Positions 19,164 through 29,283 of a stretch of 64,000 bases of DNA are shown here, in pieces; position 1 is the stretch's first letter, and every line of letters begins with the position of its first letter. The notes below the pieces were generated by a model. The model did not search any database, had not been told where the DNA came from, and saw only the letters and a list, made by a program, of their open reading frames with translations. Made by a program: the position numbers and the translations under genes. The DNA comes from Armatimonadota bacterium. Its GTDB lineage: Bacteria; Armatimonadota; SYMT01. The stretch lies in NCBI GenBank assembly GCA_041690135.1, contig JAWLHY010000002.1, forward strand, positions 160,001-224,000. Direction: 5' to 3'.

Positions 19164-20387
19164 TTAGCTCCGGACGGCGGATTGGATCTTGCGGATGGCG
19201 GCGACGATGTCGTCCATGTCGCCGCGCTCGGCAAGCAGCATGCTCTGGGTGAGCCACACCGCTTCCTCGCACGCCTTCTCCACCTGCGGCAGGTGCAGCG
19301 CGCCGTAGTCGATCCGGGCCGGGAACGGGTGGGTGCCGGTATCGATTTTGAAGGCAGGGCTGCGGTAGAGAGGCGAGTAGCCGGGGCTGCAGGGGATCCC
19401 TTCGGCACGGAGAGCCGCGAGGAACTCATCGCGGGTGAGGGTGCCGCCGAACGCCTCCTGGTTGTAGCGGAAGATGAAGAGGTGATAGGCGTGCTGCGTG
19501 ATGCGCGGGTCTCGCGCCAGCGGCTGGACTCCCTCGATCTCGGAAAGCTGCTGCGCCAGATAGAGCGCGTTCTCGTTGCGGCGGCGCGTCTGCTCTTCCA
19601 GCCGGCGGGCCTGGGAGAGGAGAATCGCCGCGTTCCACTCCGGCATGCGGTAGTTGCCGGAGAGCATCCGGTGCTCGTACCAGCCGCCGTTCCGGACGCG
19701 GCCGCAGTTGACGAGCGACCAGGCGCGATCGAACACCTCGTCGCTGTTGGTCACCACGATACCGCCTTCCCCGGCATTCAGGTTTTTGCTGGCCTGGAAG
19801 CTGAAGGTGCCCGCATCGCCGATGGCGCCAACGCGGCGGCCGTTCCACTCCGCCAGGTGCGCCTGGGCCGCGTCTTCGATGAGGATCAGGTTCTTGCGGC
19901 GGGCCAGGTCGGTGAGGGCGTCCATGTCGGCCGGGCAGCCCGCGACGTGCACCGCAATGATGGCGCGGGTTCGCTCGGTGATGGCGGCCTCGGCGGCGGC
20001 GGGGTCCAGGTTGAAGTTGCTTGGGTCGACGTCCGCGAAGATCGGGACCGCATTCACGTTGACCGTGGACGAGACGGTGGCAATGAAGGTGTAGGGGGTG
20101 GTGACGACCTCATCGCCCGCCTTGACGCCGGCGGCCCGCAGCGCGATCTCGATCGCCTGGGTGCCGTTGCAGCACGGCACCGCGTGCTTCGCCTGCTGCA
20201 GCCCGGAAAAGTATTCGCCGAACTCCCGGTTCTGGGTGCCGCTACCCGCGAACCACTTGCCGCTGCGGACCACGTCGGTCAGCGCTTCGATCTCGCTTTC
20301 GTCCCAGATGGGCCACTTCGGCCACGGTCGGTTCCGCAACGGCTCTCCGCCATTCAGGGCGAGCTTCTCGGGGGTGACGGCAGGCAT
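19164..20387 (-). CDS. DegT/DnrJ/EryC1/StrS PLP aminotransferase
   Basis: NGTQA, IEDAAQAH, FSFQASKNL.AGEGG, GNYRM. Confidence 0.93.
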   Translation of the reverse strand: MPAVTPEKLALNGGEPLRNRPWPKWPIWDESEIEALTDVVRSGKWFAGSGTQNREFGEYFSGLQQAKHAVPCCNGTQAIEIALRAAGVKAGDEVVTTPYTFIATVSSTVNVNAVPIFADVDPSNFNLDPAAAEAAITERTRAIIAVHVAGCPADMDALTDLARRKNLILIEDAAQAHLAEWNGRRVGAIGDAGTFSFQASKNLNAGEGGIVVTNSDEVFDRAWSLVNCGRVRNGGWYEHRMLSGNYRMPEWNAAILLSQARRLEEQTRRRNENALYLAQQLSEIEGVQPLARDPRITQHAYHLFIFRYNQEAFGGTLTRDEFLAALRAEGIPCSPGYSPLYRSPAFKIDTGTHPFPARIDYGALHLPQVEKACEEAVWLTQSMLLAERGDMDDIVAAIRKIQSAVRS

Positions 20388-20630
20388 AAAACTTCCTCTT
20401 CTTCCTAAGCAACGGCGCCGTCGAAACGGCGTACCCGGCGGCGGTCACGAAGGGTGCACTCCGGGGTACGCGCGGGCCAATCCAGTTTACACCGGTACGG
20501 GAGGCTTTACCTGCCTTTGCACCTTGCGCGCGTACTGCGCGTGCGGCACGAGACAGGCGGCGGGGCTTGCGGCGGCGACGCAAGCCGGGCCCGCAGTAGG
20601 TAGTGTGCCACTGCGAGCCCGAAATCTGCA

Positions 20631-20772
20631 GGGTCAGGTGTTCAGGTGCTCAGGTAGTCAGGTGCTCGGGTGTTCAGGCGGTCAGGGGTGGGAATACCGA
20701 AGTGCGGGAGTAAGGAGATTTAGAGGTGATCCAGGCTCCTTCCAACCCCCATACTCCCACACCTCCATACTC
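20631..20772. repeat. Octamer short tandem repeats (TGTTCAGG type, plus opposed GGGAGTA/CATACTCC type)
   Basis: GGGTCAGG TGTTCAGG TGCTCAGG TAGTCAGG TGCTCGGG TGTTCAGG...; CATACTCC CACACCTC CATACTCC. Confidence 0.7.
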
Positions 20773-20785
20773 CCGGAGAGGGCGA

Positions 20786-22054
20786 CTACGCCAGGCGGCC
20801 TGCGGAGTGGACGCCGCCATGTTGGGCGCGTGCCTGGAGTTCTTTCCACTCGCGACTGCCGTCATCCGGGACGACTTCGAGGCGTGTGCCGGGCATGAAG
20901 ACCGGGAGATGCCCCTCCTGGAAGTCCTTCCAGTACTGCTGGCAGTGGGTGTAGTAGCTGACGGCGCCGCTGCCGAACCGGATGGCGATGAGCAGGCCGG
21001 GGTGCGGGTACGGTTTGGCGGGCATCTCCGGCAGGCGGAACCGCGCGATCGCCTCCTCATCCAGCTCAAGCCCGAGACCAGGCTGGTTCGGCACGTCGGC
21101 CATGCCGTTGGAGACCTGGATGCGGGGCAGGACCATGTGATGCGTGAAGAGCTGGTGGCAGTTGACGCTGGGCCACCGGGCGTGGGAGAGCACCGCCCCG
21201 AAGTGGAGGGAGAAGGTGGCGGTGATGCCGGTGCCCACCAGTTGGAGGAAGAACGGCTTGTTGAAGGCGGCGGAGATCTGGCCGCTCTTCATCACCTGGC
21301 TCGCACCGCCGCCGATCACGAAACCGTCGCACACGTCTTCTTTCAGCGCGGTCATCACCGGCGGGCTGCCGAAGTGGTGGGCGATCGCGACGCGCGTCTG
21401 GCTGCGCAGGAACCGGTTTCCTTCCACGTCACCCTGGGGGATGGGGGACTCGTAGATCCCGACATTCTGGTACTGCTCGATCTGCTTCAGTAGCCGGGTG
21501 GCGTGGCCCGTCTCGTTGAGCATGGCGTTGAAGTCCATGTCCAGGTCGAACCACTCCGGCAGCGTCGCGCAGAGGGTGCGGCACTGCTCGTTGAGATCGA
21601 ACCACGGCCGGGCCTTCGTCTTGAACGCCGTGTATCCTTCCGCCATGGCCTGCCGGCACTCGAGCACCCAGTCCTCTCCCGGCATGTCGATGTCCCACCA
21701 GGAGATGTGCGGGCGCTCGCGGACCTTGTGCCCCAGCAGCGCCCAGACCGGCGTGTCGGTGGCGCGGCCGACCGCGTCGAACAGGGCCATCTGGAGCCCC
21801 GCGCCGAGGGAGTCGTCCCACATCTGCTCGGCGGCGTTCCGCTCCATCACCCGCGCCACTGCGTCCTCGCTCACGGTGCCCCAGGTGTAGTACTGCATCG
21901 TCTCGCCGAAACCGGTCACCCCACAGGCGAGCGTTACCTTGCAGATTTCGAACAGGGTCCAGTGCGGTAGCTCCCGCACCATGTTCCGAGCCGGCACCTC
22001 CCGGAACGGTACGCTCACCGGGATGCGCTCGATGTTCTTAACGGTCAGGTCCAT
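20786..22054 (-). CDS. Mandelate racemase/muconate lactonizing enzyme (enolase superfamily)
   Basis: G..GFGE, MALFD..G, LLG.KVR, K.K, D.N, E.P, P..PGLG.E. Confidence 0.85.
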   Translation of the reverse strand: MDLTVKNIERIPVSVPFREVPARNMVRELPHWTLFEICKVTLACGVTGFGETMQYYTWGTVSEDAVARVMERNAAEQMWDDSLGAGLQMALFDAVGRATDTPVWALLGHKVRERPHISWWDIDMPGEDWVLECRQAMAEGYTAFKTKARPWFDLNEQCRTLCATLPEWFDLDMDFNAMLNETGHATRLLKQIEQYQNVGIYESPIPQGDVEGNRFLRSQTRVAIAHHFGSPPVMTALKEDVCDGFVIGGGASQVMKSGQISAAFNKPFFLQLVGTGITATFSLHFGAVLSHARWPSVNCHQLFTHHMVLPRIQVSNGMADVPNQPGLGLELDEEAIARFRLPEMPAKPYPHPGLLIAIRFGSGAVSYYTHCQQYWKDFQEGHLPVFMPGTRLEVVPDDGSREWKELQARAQHGGVHSAGRLA

Positions 22055-22201
22055 AGGAGATTCTCAGGTGTCCACGCGGTCGAGAACCTTCCGGGCGAAG
22101 GCCTCTTCACTCCAGTGCGGAGGGTGAGTGCGATTTCCCTGCGCGAATAGCGGTGCAGCCCCGCATGACCGGCGGCGGAAATGCCCGAGATCTCATGCGG
22201 T

Positions 22202-23215
22202 CTACCCAGCCCGCCATCCTGCCGGCCGGTCATCCACGGTCCAGAGGATTCGGGAGTGAAGGAGGTATTCCGCTACGGGAGCACTCTGGCCCGGGCTCGG
22301 GCTCTCCCCCTCCGCCAGGAAGAGGAACAGCATCCGAACCCGCAAGACCATCCCCGCATCCACATCGCGCCGCAGCAACCGGAAGCGCCGGAAACGGACC
22401 AGGAAATGCGCGCCCGCGAGGCCCACCAGCAGGGAGGCAATTTGCAGCTCACTCCCATTGCGCGGCCCGGGGACCCTGGACAGGGTGCTCGCCAGCATCA
22501 GGGTCAACACCACGCCTGCCAGGAACAGGAATAATCCTGGCAAAAGCAGCAATCTGAGTCCCGCCCGCACCACCTCGGCCACCTCCGCAGGGGTCAGTTC
22601 CCGGCGATCGATTTCGGGGGAGTGCGGGTCTCCCCGGTAGAGGGGCTCGGCCCACTCTGCGGCGATGGCAGCAGACCCGGGACCCTTCGTCGGGGTGGTC
22701 GGAGGCGCATAGCAGTAGCCTTTCGGCAATCGCCCGTCGCTGGCAAGGAGCAGTCCGGAGCCGTGCACGCTCTCAAACCAGGAGAGAGGGCCGGACACGC
22801 CACGGTCGAACCGCAGCTTGACGAATCGGGTGCGAGGCGTTACTTCCTCACCTTCCGGTCGGCCGAAACGATCCACCTGTCCCTGGACCAGGGCTACGCG
22901 GAGCTCGCGCGCGCGACGTAGATAGACCCAACCTCCGGGGCTCAGCAGCAGGCCGAGAATGAGCAATCCACCCAAGACGCCCATTTGCAGTACCGCCCAG
23001 GAGCTGTCTGCCCTCGGATCCCGCAGCCAATAGAGCAGCGAAGCGATAAACAACCCGGGACCGCTACCGAGCAGGAGCCATCCCTCGGCCCAGAGGCGAA
23101 AGGCCGTACGTTCCGCCCACTGCCGCTCGCGAGGGGTGAGGGGGCGGTCACGACAAAGCGGCAGCCCACCGGACCAACTGCTGCACGGAGGATCCAGGTC
23201 TGTGGGTACTTGCAT
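22202..23215 (-). CDS. Hypothetical membrane protein with internal duplication
   Basis: Two modules 'R.LT..E' + 2 TM + 'L....G.V' + 'E....S..L....G/D.P'; RBS GGAGG before ATG 23215. Confidence 0.55.
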   Translation of the reverse strand: MQVPTDLDPPCSSWSGGLPLCRDRPLTPRERQWAERTAFRLWAEGWLLLGSGPGLFIASLLYWLRDPRADSSWAVLQMGVLGGLLILGLLLSPGGWVYLRRARELRVALVQGQVDRFGRPEGEEVTPRTRFVKLRFDRGVSGPLSWFESVHGSGLLLASDGRLPKGYCYAPPTTPTKGPGSAAIAAEWAEPLYRGDPHSPEIDRRELTPAEVAEVVRAGLRLLLLPGLFLFLAGVVLTLMLASTLSRVPGPRNGSELQIASLLVGLAGAHFLVRFRRFRLLRRDVDAGMVLRVRMLFLFLAEGESPSPGQSAPVAEYLLHSRILWTVDDRPAGWRAG

Positions 23216-23543
23216 GGGCCTCCCTAATTCTTCTGGAGACAGGGCGCGCGAGGGATGAAGCTCACTCCGAGAACGTGTCGCTTTAGCGCACCAACCGGTC
23301 AGACGGGGTTTCAGTACGGGAAGCCTGAAGCAGGAAGGGCGTTGCACACCCTTTGGCAGGCCCAGGCTAGCCCGGGGAGAGGAAAAGTGGCGAGTCGACG
23401 CCGATTGAACCCATGAGACTCCCTGGCCTGCTTCAGTATGGGGGACGCCAGCCGCACCCGCAAGGAAACTCCTGCAATTGAAATACCCTGAGTCGCGAAC
23501 GCATGCCGAACGTTCCTGTACCGAGCGCAAGGACACCCACCCG

Positions 23544-24683
23544 ATGATGAACGACCCTCTCGACCGCCGCCGTTTCCTCACCCTGGCCGCCGGAGCTGCC
23601 GGCGTTGCCGCCACGGCCCGTCACGTATCCGCGCAGGTCTCCTCCGGTCCCGTCTCCGCGAAGTCGGAGAAGGGGATCGACTGGTACGACGTCCGCCAGT
23701 GGGGCGTGGAAGGACGGGGCTGGAACGATACGGCCCGCTACTTCGACCGCCTCCCTGCCCGCGCGGAAGGGAAGGTCCGCGACGCCGTGTGGAACCTCAG
23801 CCGTCATTCCGCAGGGATGCTGGTGCGCTTTGAGACGGACGCCCCCGCCATCCATGGCCGCTACGCCCTGCTCTCACCTAACCTGGCGATGCCCCACATG
23901 CCGGCCACGGGGGTGAGCGGGCTGGACCTGTACGCCCGGGACTTGAAGGGGCGGGACCGCTGGCTGAACGTCACGCGGCCCAATGCCCAGCAGATGAACG
24001 TGCAGATCGTGAATGGGCTCGACCCGGCTCCCGGTGGGCGGCTCTACACCGTTTACCTGCCCCTCTATAACGGAGTCGAGGCACTGGAGATCGGCGTGCC
24101 GTCGGGGCGGCTGTTCCGGCCGGTGGCGCCACGGACAGAGAAGCCGATACTGTTCTACGGCACCTCGATCATGCACGGCGCGTGTGCTTCCCGGCCGGGG
24201 ATGTCGATTTCCGCGCTTGTCGGCCGCCGTTTCGACCGCCCCACGATCAACCTCGGATTCTCGGGCAACGGGCGGATGGAGAAGGAGGTCGGCGACTTCC
24301 TGGTGGAGCTCGACCCGTGCGTCTACGCCGTCGATTGCCTGCCGAACATGGACGGCAAAGCCGTTGCGGAGCACGCCGAGCCGCTGGTTCGCCAGCTACG
24401 ACAGGCCCGGCCGGATACCCCGATCCTGCTGGTGGAGGACCGCAGCTTCACCAACTCCCCCTTCCTCAAGAGCCACCGGGATAGGCACGCCGGCAATCGC
24501 GCCGCGCTTCGCAAGGCCTACGAAAACCTGCAGCGCGACGGGGTGAAGAGGCTTTACTATCTCCGCGGGGAAGACCTGCTCGGCGACGACGGCGAAGGCG
24601 CGACCGACGGCTCGCATCCGAACGACCTGGGGTTCGTACGCTACGCCGAGGCCTATTCAAAGGTGCTGAAGAAGATCCTTTAG
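23544..24683 (+). CDS. Tat-exported SGNH/GDSL hydrolase with N-terminal GxDLY domain
   Basis: RRRFL; SGLDLY; [25 protein letters not shown]. Confidence 0.9.
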   Translation: MMNDPLDRRRFLTLAAGAAGVAATARHVSAQVSSGPVSAKSEKGIDWYDVRQWGVEGRGWNDTARYFDRLPARAEGKVRDAVWNLSRHSAGMLVRFETDAPAIHGRYALLSPNLAMPHMPATGVSGLDLYARDLKGRDRWLNVTRPNAQQMNVQIVNGLDPAPGGRLYTVYLPLYNGVEALEIGVPSGRLFRPVAPRTEKPILFYGTSIMHGACASRPGMSISALVGRRFDRPTINLGFSGNGRMEKEVGDFLVELDPCVYAVDCLPNMDGKAVAEHAEPLVRQLRQARPDTPILLVEDRSFTNSPFLKSHRDRHAGNRAALRKAYENLQRDGVKRLYYLRGEDLLGDDGEGATDGSHPNDLGFVRYAEAYSKVLKKIL

Positions 24684-25150
24684 ATGTGGCAGGAAGCCAT
24701 GCCCCGCTTCGCCAGGTACTGCTGATGGTACTCCTCGGCACGCCAGAAGTTAGCAGCGGGGACGATCTGCGTGACGATGGGGCGGCGGAACCGGCCGGAA
24801 GCGTCCTGCGATTGCTTTGAGGCCTCCGCCGCTGCCTGCTGCTCCGGTGTATGGTAGAAGATCGCCGAGCGGTACTGGGAACCGAAGTCCGGCCCCTGGC
24901 GATTGAGCTGCGTCGGGTCGTGCGAGGACCAGAACACCTCCAGGAGCTGATCGTAGCTCACCTTCTCCGGGTCGTACTCCACTTGGACCACCTCCGCGTG
25001 CCCCGTGCGGTCGGTGCATACGTCCTGATAGGTGGGGTTATCCAGGTGCCCGCCCATGTAGCCGACCGCCGTGTCCGTTACGCCTTCAACCCGGCGGAAC
25101 GCTTCCTCCACGCCCCAGAAGCACCCCGCGCCAAATGTTGCCGTTGCCAT
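24680..25150 (-). CDS. msrA: Peptide-methionine (S)-S-oxide reductase
   Basis: [26 protein letters not shown]. Confidence 0.97.
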   Translation of the reverse strand: MATATFGAGCFWGVEEAFRRVEGVTDTAVGYMGGHLDNPTYQDVCTDRTGHAEVVQVEYDPEKVSYDQLLEVFWSSHDPTQLNRQGPDFGSQYRSAIFYHTPEQQAAAEASKQSQDASGRFRRPIVTQIVPAANFWRAEEYHQQYLAKRGMASCHI

Positions 25151-25166
25151 ATATTGCCCCCGTTAC

Positions 25167-25450
25167 GGATGAGGATAAGGATAAAGATAAGGATAAGGAA
25201 CTGCCGCTACTGGTAGGTTGATGGGGATACGCTGGCCGATCCCGTTTCCGATCCAACCGCTACGGTGCCGGCCGGCATGGTCGGCCCACCCCCATACCCT
25301 TACCCAAAATCTCCACCCCAGCCCTGCTCCCCCTCCCTCTTTATCTTTATCTTCCCCCGTCCTTATCTCTCCTGTCCTTATCCTCTCGCCCCGTCTCTCT
25401 TTATCTTTATCCTTATCTTTCCGATCCTTATCTTCCCGGTCCTTATCTTT
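25167..25450. repeat. Opposed hexamer repeat tracts (GATAAG / CTTATC)
   Basis: GATGAG GATAAG GATAAA GATAAG (25168-25198) faces CTTTAT/CCTTAT tracts (25338-25450); also seen at 54005-54047 and 60575-60608. Confidence 0.7.
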
Positions 25451-26285
25451 TCCAGGCCACGGGGAAGATGTCGCTGTCCAGGGGGCTGCCGGGGGGCGGG
25501 GCGCCGGACCAACCGGGGTGGGTGCCGTCCGGTGGGGGCGGGGACATGAAACCAGGGCGGAGCACGTACACCGCGTCGTCGCCGGTCCAGCGGGAGGCGA
25601 TGGCGCGCCGGCGGTGGTGGAGGCGGTTGCCGGGAGCGCCGTGGAGGGTGAGGGCGTGGAAGACGACGCAGTCGCCCGGCTCCAGGTCCCACGAAACGAG
25701 GTCGTATTTCTCCCGCTCGGCATCCACGTCCGGCACGGGGACGAAGCTGGCATCTTCGGAGGGATGGTCCTGGTTGTCCACGAACCGGCGTGGGGTGTAC
25801 CATACGGCCCAGCGATGGGAGCCGCGGACGAACTCCGGGCACGACTCCTGGGGCACGGGATCGAGGCACATCCAGAGGCTGCAGACCTGGGTCCCATCCA
25901 CCGTCCAGTACGGCTGGTCGTGGTGCCAGGGGGTCCGCTCCAGGGTGCCCGGTTCCTTCACCAGCACGTGCTCGTGGAACAGGTTGACCTTGCCGGAGCG
26001 CATCAGCCGCCCCGCGATCTCCGCTGCAGGGGAGTGGAGCAGGAACTCGCGGTACTCGGGAATCCGCGGCCAGTTGCAATAGTCCCCGAAGAAGAGCCCC
26101 GGCGCCCCCTGCGGCGTGTACCACTTCGCGAAGGGTCCCGGCTCCCGGAGGTTCCGCTCCACTCCCTGCGCCAGCAGCTCCAGCCACCGGGGCTCGAACA
26201 CGCCCCGCAGGCAGGTCGCCCCGTCCCGTTCATATTCTTCGATCCGGTCGTCGTTCACCATGAGCGTTGTCGAGGGGCCAGTCAC
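25443..26285 (-). CDS. Phytanoyl-CoA dioxygenase-family 2OG/Fe(II) oxygenase
   Basis: WHHD, GSH, PGD.VVFH..TLHG; alternative ATG at 26261. Confidence 0.88.
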   Translation of the reverse strand: MTGPSTTLMVNDDRIEEYERDGATCLRGVFEPRWLELLAQGVERNLREPGPFAKWYTPQGAPGLFFGDYCNWPRIPEYREFLLHSPAAEIAGRLMRSGKVNLFHEHVLVKEPGTLERTPWHHDQPYWTVDGTQVCSLWMCLDPVPQESCPEFVRGSHRWAVWYTPRRFVDNQDHPSEDASFVPVPDVDAEREKYDLVSWDLEPGDCVVFHALTLHGAPGNRLHHRRRAIASRWTGDDAVYVLRPGFMSPPPPDGTHPGWSGAPPPGSPLDSDIFPVAWKR

Positions 26286-26297
26286 AGAGGACGGGAT

Positions 26298-29123
26298 TTA
26301 GAAGCCCGCGGTCGATTTCGCGAGCGGCAGTAGCCGCACCGGTCCCAGGAGACCCGAGGGAAGCGGCTGCCAGGTGGAGGCATCGAACTTCTTGTAGTCG
26401 ATGTTGACGAAGAAGAACTTCTGCCACGGCTGCTTCTGCCGGTCCATCTCCGCGATCCGGTTCGCCATTAAGTTGGTGACCTCTACCTCCAGGAGATTCT
26501 CCCCGGAGCGGAGCGCCTCCCCGAGCGACACCCGGTAGGGCGGCGCCACGAGCGTGCCGAGGTCCCGGCCGTTGAGACGCACCCGCGCGCTGTTCCGCAC
26601 GTCGCCCAGGTCGAGCTGCCAGTCGTCGGCCTTTGCGTCCGGTTTCCGGAAGCGAAGACGGTAGCGGGCGGTACCGGAGAAGGACCGCAGGGCCGCGGTC
26701 TCGCCCGGCAGTTCGATCCAGCTTTTCAGGTCCGTCAGGGTGAGCGGCTGCGGGCGGACGGGCCCCCCTTCGAGGAACTCCACCTGCCACTCGCCCCGCA
26801 GCAGTTCCGATTCTCCGCCGGGTCGCGCCTCGGACCACGCGGGGCCCTTTGCGCTGCGTTCGAGGAGCCGAACCATCCGGGACTCGCCGGGCTCCATCCG
26901 GAGGTAGACCTCGCTGGAGCCGGCCGGTCCCCGGCGCAGCGGCGTGAGACCCCGCCGGCCGGACATCGGGTCGAAGAGGACCGCGGTTTCGCCAGGCGTT
27001 GCCAGCGGGACCCAACTCTCGATGGCTTTCGCGGACCGGTTGACCAGAAAATAGTCCCGGTGTTCCTCATCGATGCGCCGGATGAACCGCAGGCCGCGGT
27101 CGGTCATCCGCTCGCGGGGGACGCGGGCGCGCTCGAGGAGACGCTCCAGGTCGTTACCGACGAGCACCAGGCCGGAGCCGACGCGCGTCTCCGCGATGCT
27201 CCAGTCACGTGCCCGTGGCTTGTCCAGGGGCAGGGTCGCGGCCCGCAGGCGGGCGATCCGCGCGTCGGCTTCGTGGAGGCCGGGCACGTCGCGGGGAAGC
27301 TCGCCCACCACCACGACGGTCGCACCCTCGCGGGCGAGGCGCACGATCCGTTCAAAGGTGTCCGGAGGCATCGTCCGGCAACCCGCCACCACGAGGACGC
27401 GGTACGTGCCGCTGCGGCCGACCAGCCGGCCGTCCGAGGTCATGACGGATCCTTCCACCAGCCCGTCGGAGACGTAGTCGAAGCCGTAGCCTCGCTCCCA
27501 GAGGCGGTGGGCGACCCGGTTGAACTCGGGCAGGTTCTTCCCGCGCCAGTCCTCCGCGTTGTGGACCGTAAGCGGCTGTAGCAGGTCCCGCGAGCCCTCG
27601 TCCTTCGACCAGAGGTCCCAGATCGGGAAGTAGAGGAGCACATCGTTATCCGGTCGCCCGGCCTGGAGGAACGACTGGCAGCGGGTGAAGTAGGCGTTCA
27701 GGGCGGGGAAATCGCGCCACCAGGTGTTGGTGGGGGCGAAGTGGGTGGAAGCGTAGAAGAGCCAGCCAGGCCACTCCGCGTCCGCCGGGGAGAACGGGGT
27801 GCCGTGGTAGAAGAGGTGATTGACCCCGGAGAGGAAGAGCTGGTCGGCCTGGTCCTTCACGTCGGCCAGGGGCACTCGGAAGTGCTCGCCGAGCCAGGTC
27901 ATCGACTCGCTGCTGGTGTACGGCTTGCCCGCCACGTGCGCCGCGGAGGAGGCCATCTTGCAGGTGAGAAGATCGTCCACGCGCTCATCGACGGCTGGGG
28001 CCGGCGTTCCGGGAGCGACCGGGCGGCGGCCTTCCCCGAACATTTCTGTCTCGGGGATATCGGCGGCGGCGTACAGGTCCAGCACATTGCCCGGCGACCC
28101 GTGCGCCTGGTTCCGGGTGACGCACCCCTGGCCCCTTGCCCAGCCGGCCCAGCGCCGGGTGAACCCTTCTAGCAGCAGGTCGGAGACGGTATGGCGATAG
28201 TCCGAGCGCACCCGCGCGACCCGCTCTGGGGTATCGTGGCCGCCGAGCGCGGGCAGGACCTTCAGCAGGTCGTACCCGCGGCGGCGCTGGAACTCGGCCG
28301 GCAGGCTCGACGTCCAGTTGGAGCCGAACGCCTCGAAGGAGTCGTTGAACAGCGCGCGCGGTCGCTCCGCGGAGGGCATGCCGGAGAGCACCGGGGTGAA
28401 GTTCCCCAGCCACCGCTGCAGCGCCGGGCCGGAGTAGTGGTCCAGCACGTTCCCCTCGCCGCCCGGTCCGGCGCGCTTTACCTGCTGTCCCGTCGGCTTG
28501 ACCTGGAGTGCGTAGAGGCTCCAGCCCTCTCCGGGTGCTTTCCAGGTGAGGCGACCGCGGGAGTCGACCTGCCGGGTGAGGTCTTCCGTCCGTCCCTCCG
28601 GACCGTAAGCGACAAGCGCCTGCAGCCGGGCATTCCGAATGGCGGGCACGGTGGCGGTTCCGCCGGGCTCCACCTGCAGCCGTTGGACCACCGCCTGCGC
28701 GGCGGCATCGTCGCGCGAAACGGTGGGGCCGCCGTAAGGCCAGCCGGTCCCGAGGATCATGTCCACGCCCATTCCTAATCGGGCGCCCTCGCGGGTGGTG
28801 TGACGGAGCATCTCCACCCAGCGGGGGCTGAGGTACGGGATGGCGCGGCTCTCCGCTCCCTGGGCGCCGTAGATCGGGCTGATTTCCACCCCGCCGATCC
28901 CGGCCTGCCGGAACTGTTCCAGGTGACGAGTGATCTCTGCCTCGTTGACGGCGCTCCCCAGCCACCACCAGCGGGTCCATGGCCGGGCCTCCCGCCGGAC
29001 CTCGGGCCAGTCCAGGGCGGGATCTTGCCGGGTGCTCGTGGACGGCGCACTGAACGCCGCCGAAGCCGCTCCCATAGCCGCCAGACCGGCACAAACCATT
29101 ACTGCTCTTCTGCCGTAGCCCAT
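26298..29123 (-). CDS. GH106-like (alpha-L-rhamnosidase) glycoside hydrolase
   Basis: RPWTRWWW.G, GIGGVEI, GWPYGGP, DSFE, DIPETE, K.ASS.AH, SGLLGPV. Confidence 0.85.
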   Translation of the reverse strand: MGYGRRAVMVCAGLAAMGAASAAFSAPSTSTRQDPALDWPEVRREARPWTRWWWLGSAVNEAEITRHLEQFRQAGIGGVEISPIYGAQGAESRAIPYLSPRWVEMLRHTTREGARLGMGVDMILGTGWPYGGPTVSRDDAAAQAVVQRLQVEPGGTATVPAIRNARLQALVAYGPEGRTEDLTRQVDSRGRLTWKAPGEGWSLYALQVKPTGQQVKRAGPGGEGNVLDHYSGPALQRWLGNFTPVLSGMPSAERPRALFNDSFEAFGSNWTSSLPAEFQRRRGYDLLKVLPALGGHDTPERVARVRSDYRHTVSDLLLEGFTRRWAGWARGQGCVTRNQAHGSPGNVLDLYAAADIPETEMFGEGRRPVAPGTPAPAVDERVDDLLTCKMASSAAHVAGKPYTSSESMTWLGEHFRVPLADVKDQADQLFLSGVNHLFYHGTPFSPADAEWPGWLFYASTHFAPTNTWWRDFPALNAYFTRCQSFLQAGRPDNDVLLYFPIWDLWSKDEGSRDLLQPLTVHNAEDWRGKNLPEFNRVAHRLWERGYGFDYVSDGLVEGSVMTSDGRLVGRSGTYRVLVVAGCRTMPPDTFERIVRLAREGATVVVVGELPRDVPGLHEADARIARLRAATLPLDKPRARDWSIAETRVGSGLVLVGNDLERLLERARVPRERMTDRGLRFIRRIDEEHRDYFLVNRSAKAIESWVPLATPGETAVLFDPMSGRRGLTPLRRGPAGSSEVYLRMEPGESRMVRLLERSAKGPAWSEARPGGESELLRGEWQVEFLEGGPVRPQPLTLTDLKSWIELPGETAALRSFSGTARYRLRFRKPDAKADDWQLDLGDVRNSARVRLNGRDLGTLVAPPYRVSLGEALRSGENLLEVEVTNLMANRIAEMDRQKQPWQKFFFVNIDYKKFDASTWQPLPSGLLGPVRLLPLAKSTAGF

Positions 29124-29283
29124 TTCCAATTCCTTGACTGGAGTGTTTGCCGATGCCGGCTGCGAGGCGTTAGAAACGCCTCGCTGGAGGGCGTCCTCCG
29201 GACGGCTAAATCCTGTGTAACTGCGATGAACCCGGGTAGACCGGGTGCCCGCGTCCGGAGGACGCCCGATCAGCGAGGGACTT

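Noticed and set aside
18018-20408. 796-aa plus-strand ORF (and similar ones at 4205, 12755, 29245, 47621)
   Set aside because: Antisense to well-supported minus-strand genes.
25163-25897. ORFs with KDKD/IRI low-complexity tails
   Set aside because: Products of hexamer repeat tracts in non-coding frames.
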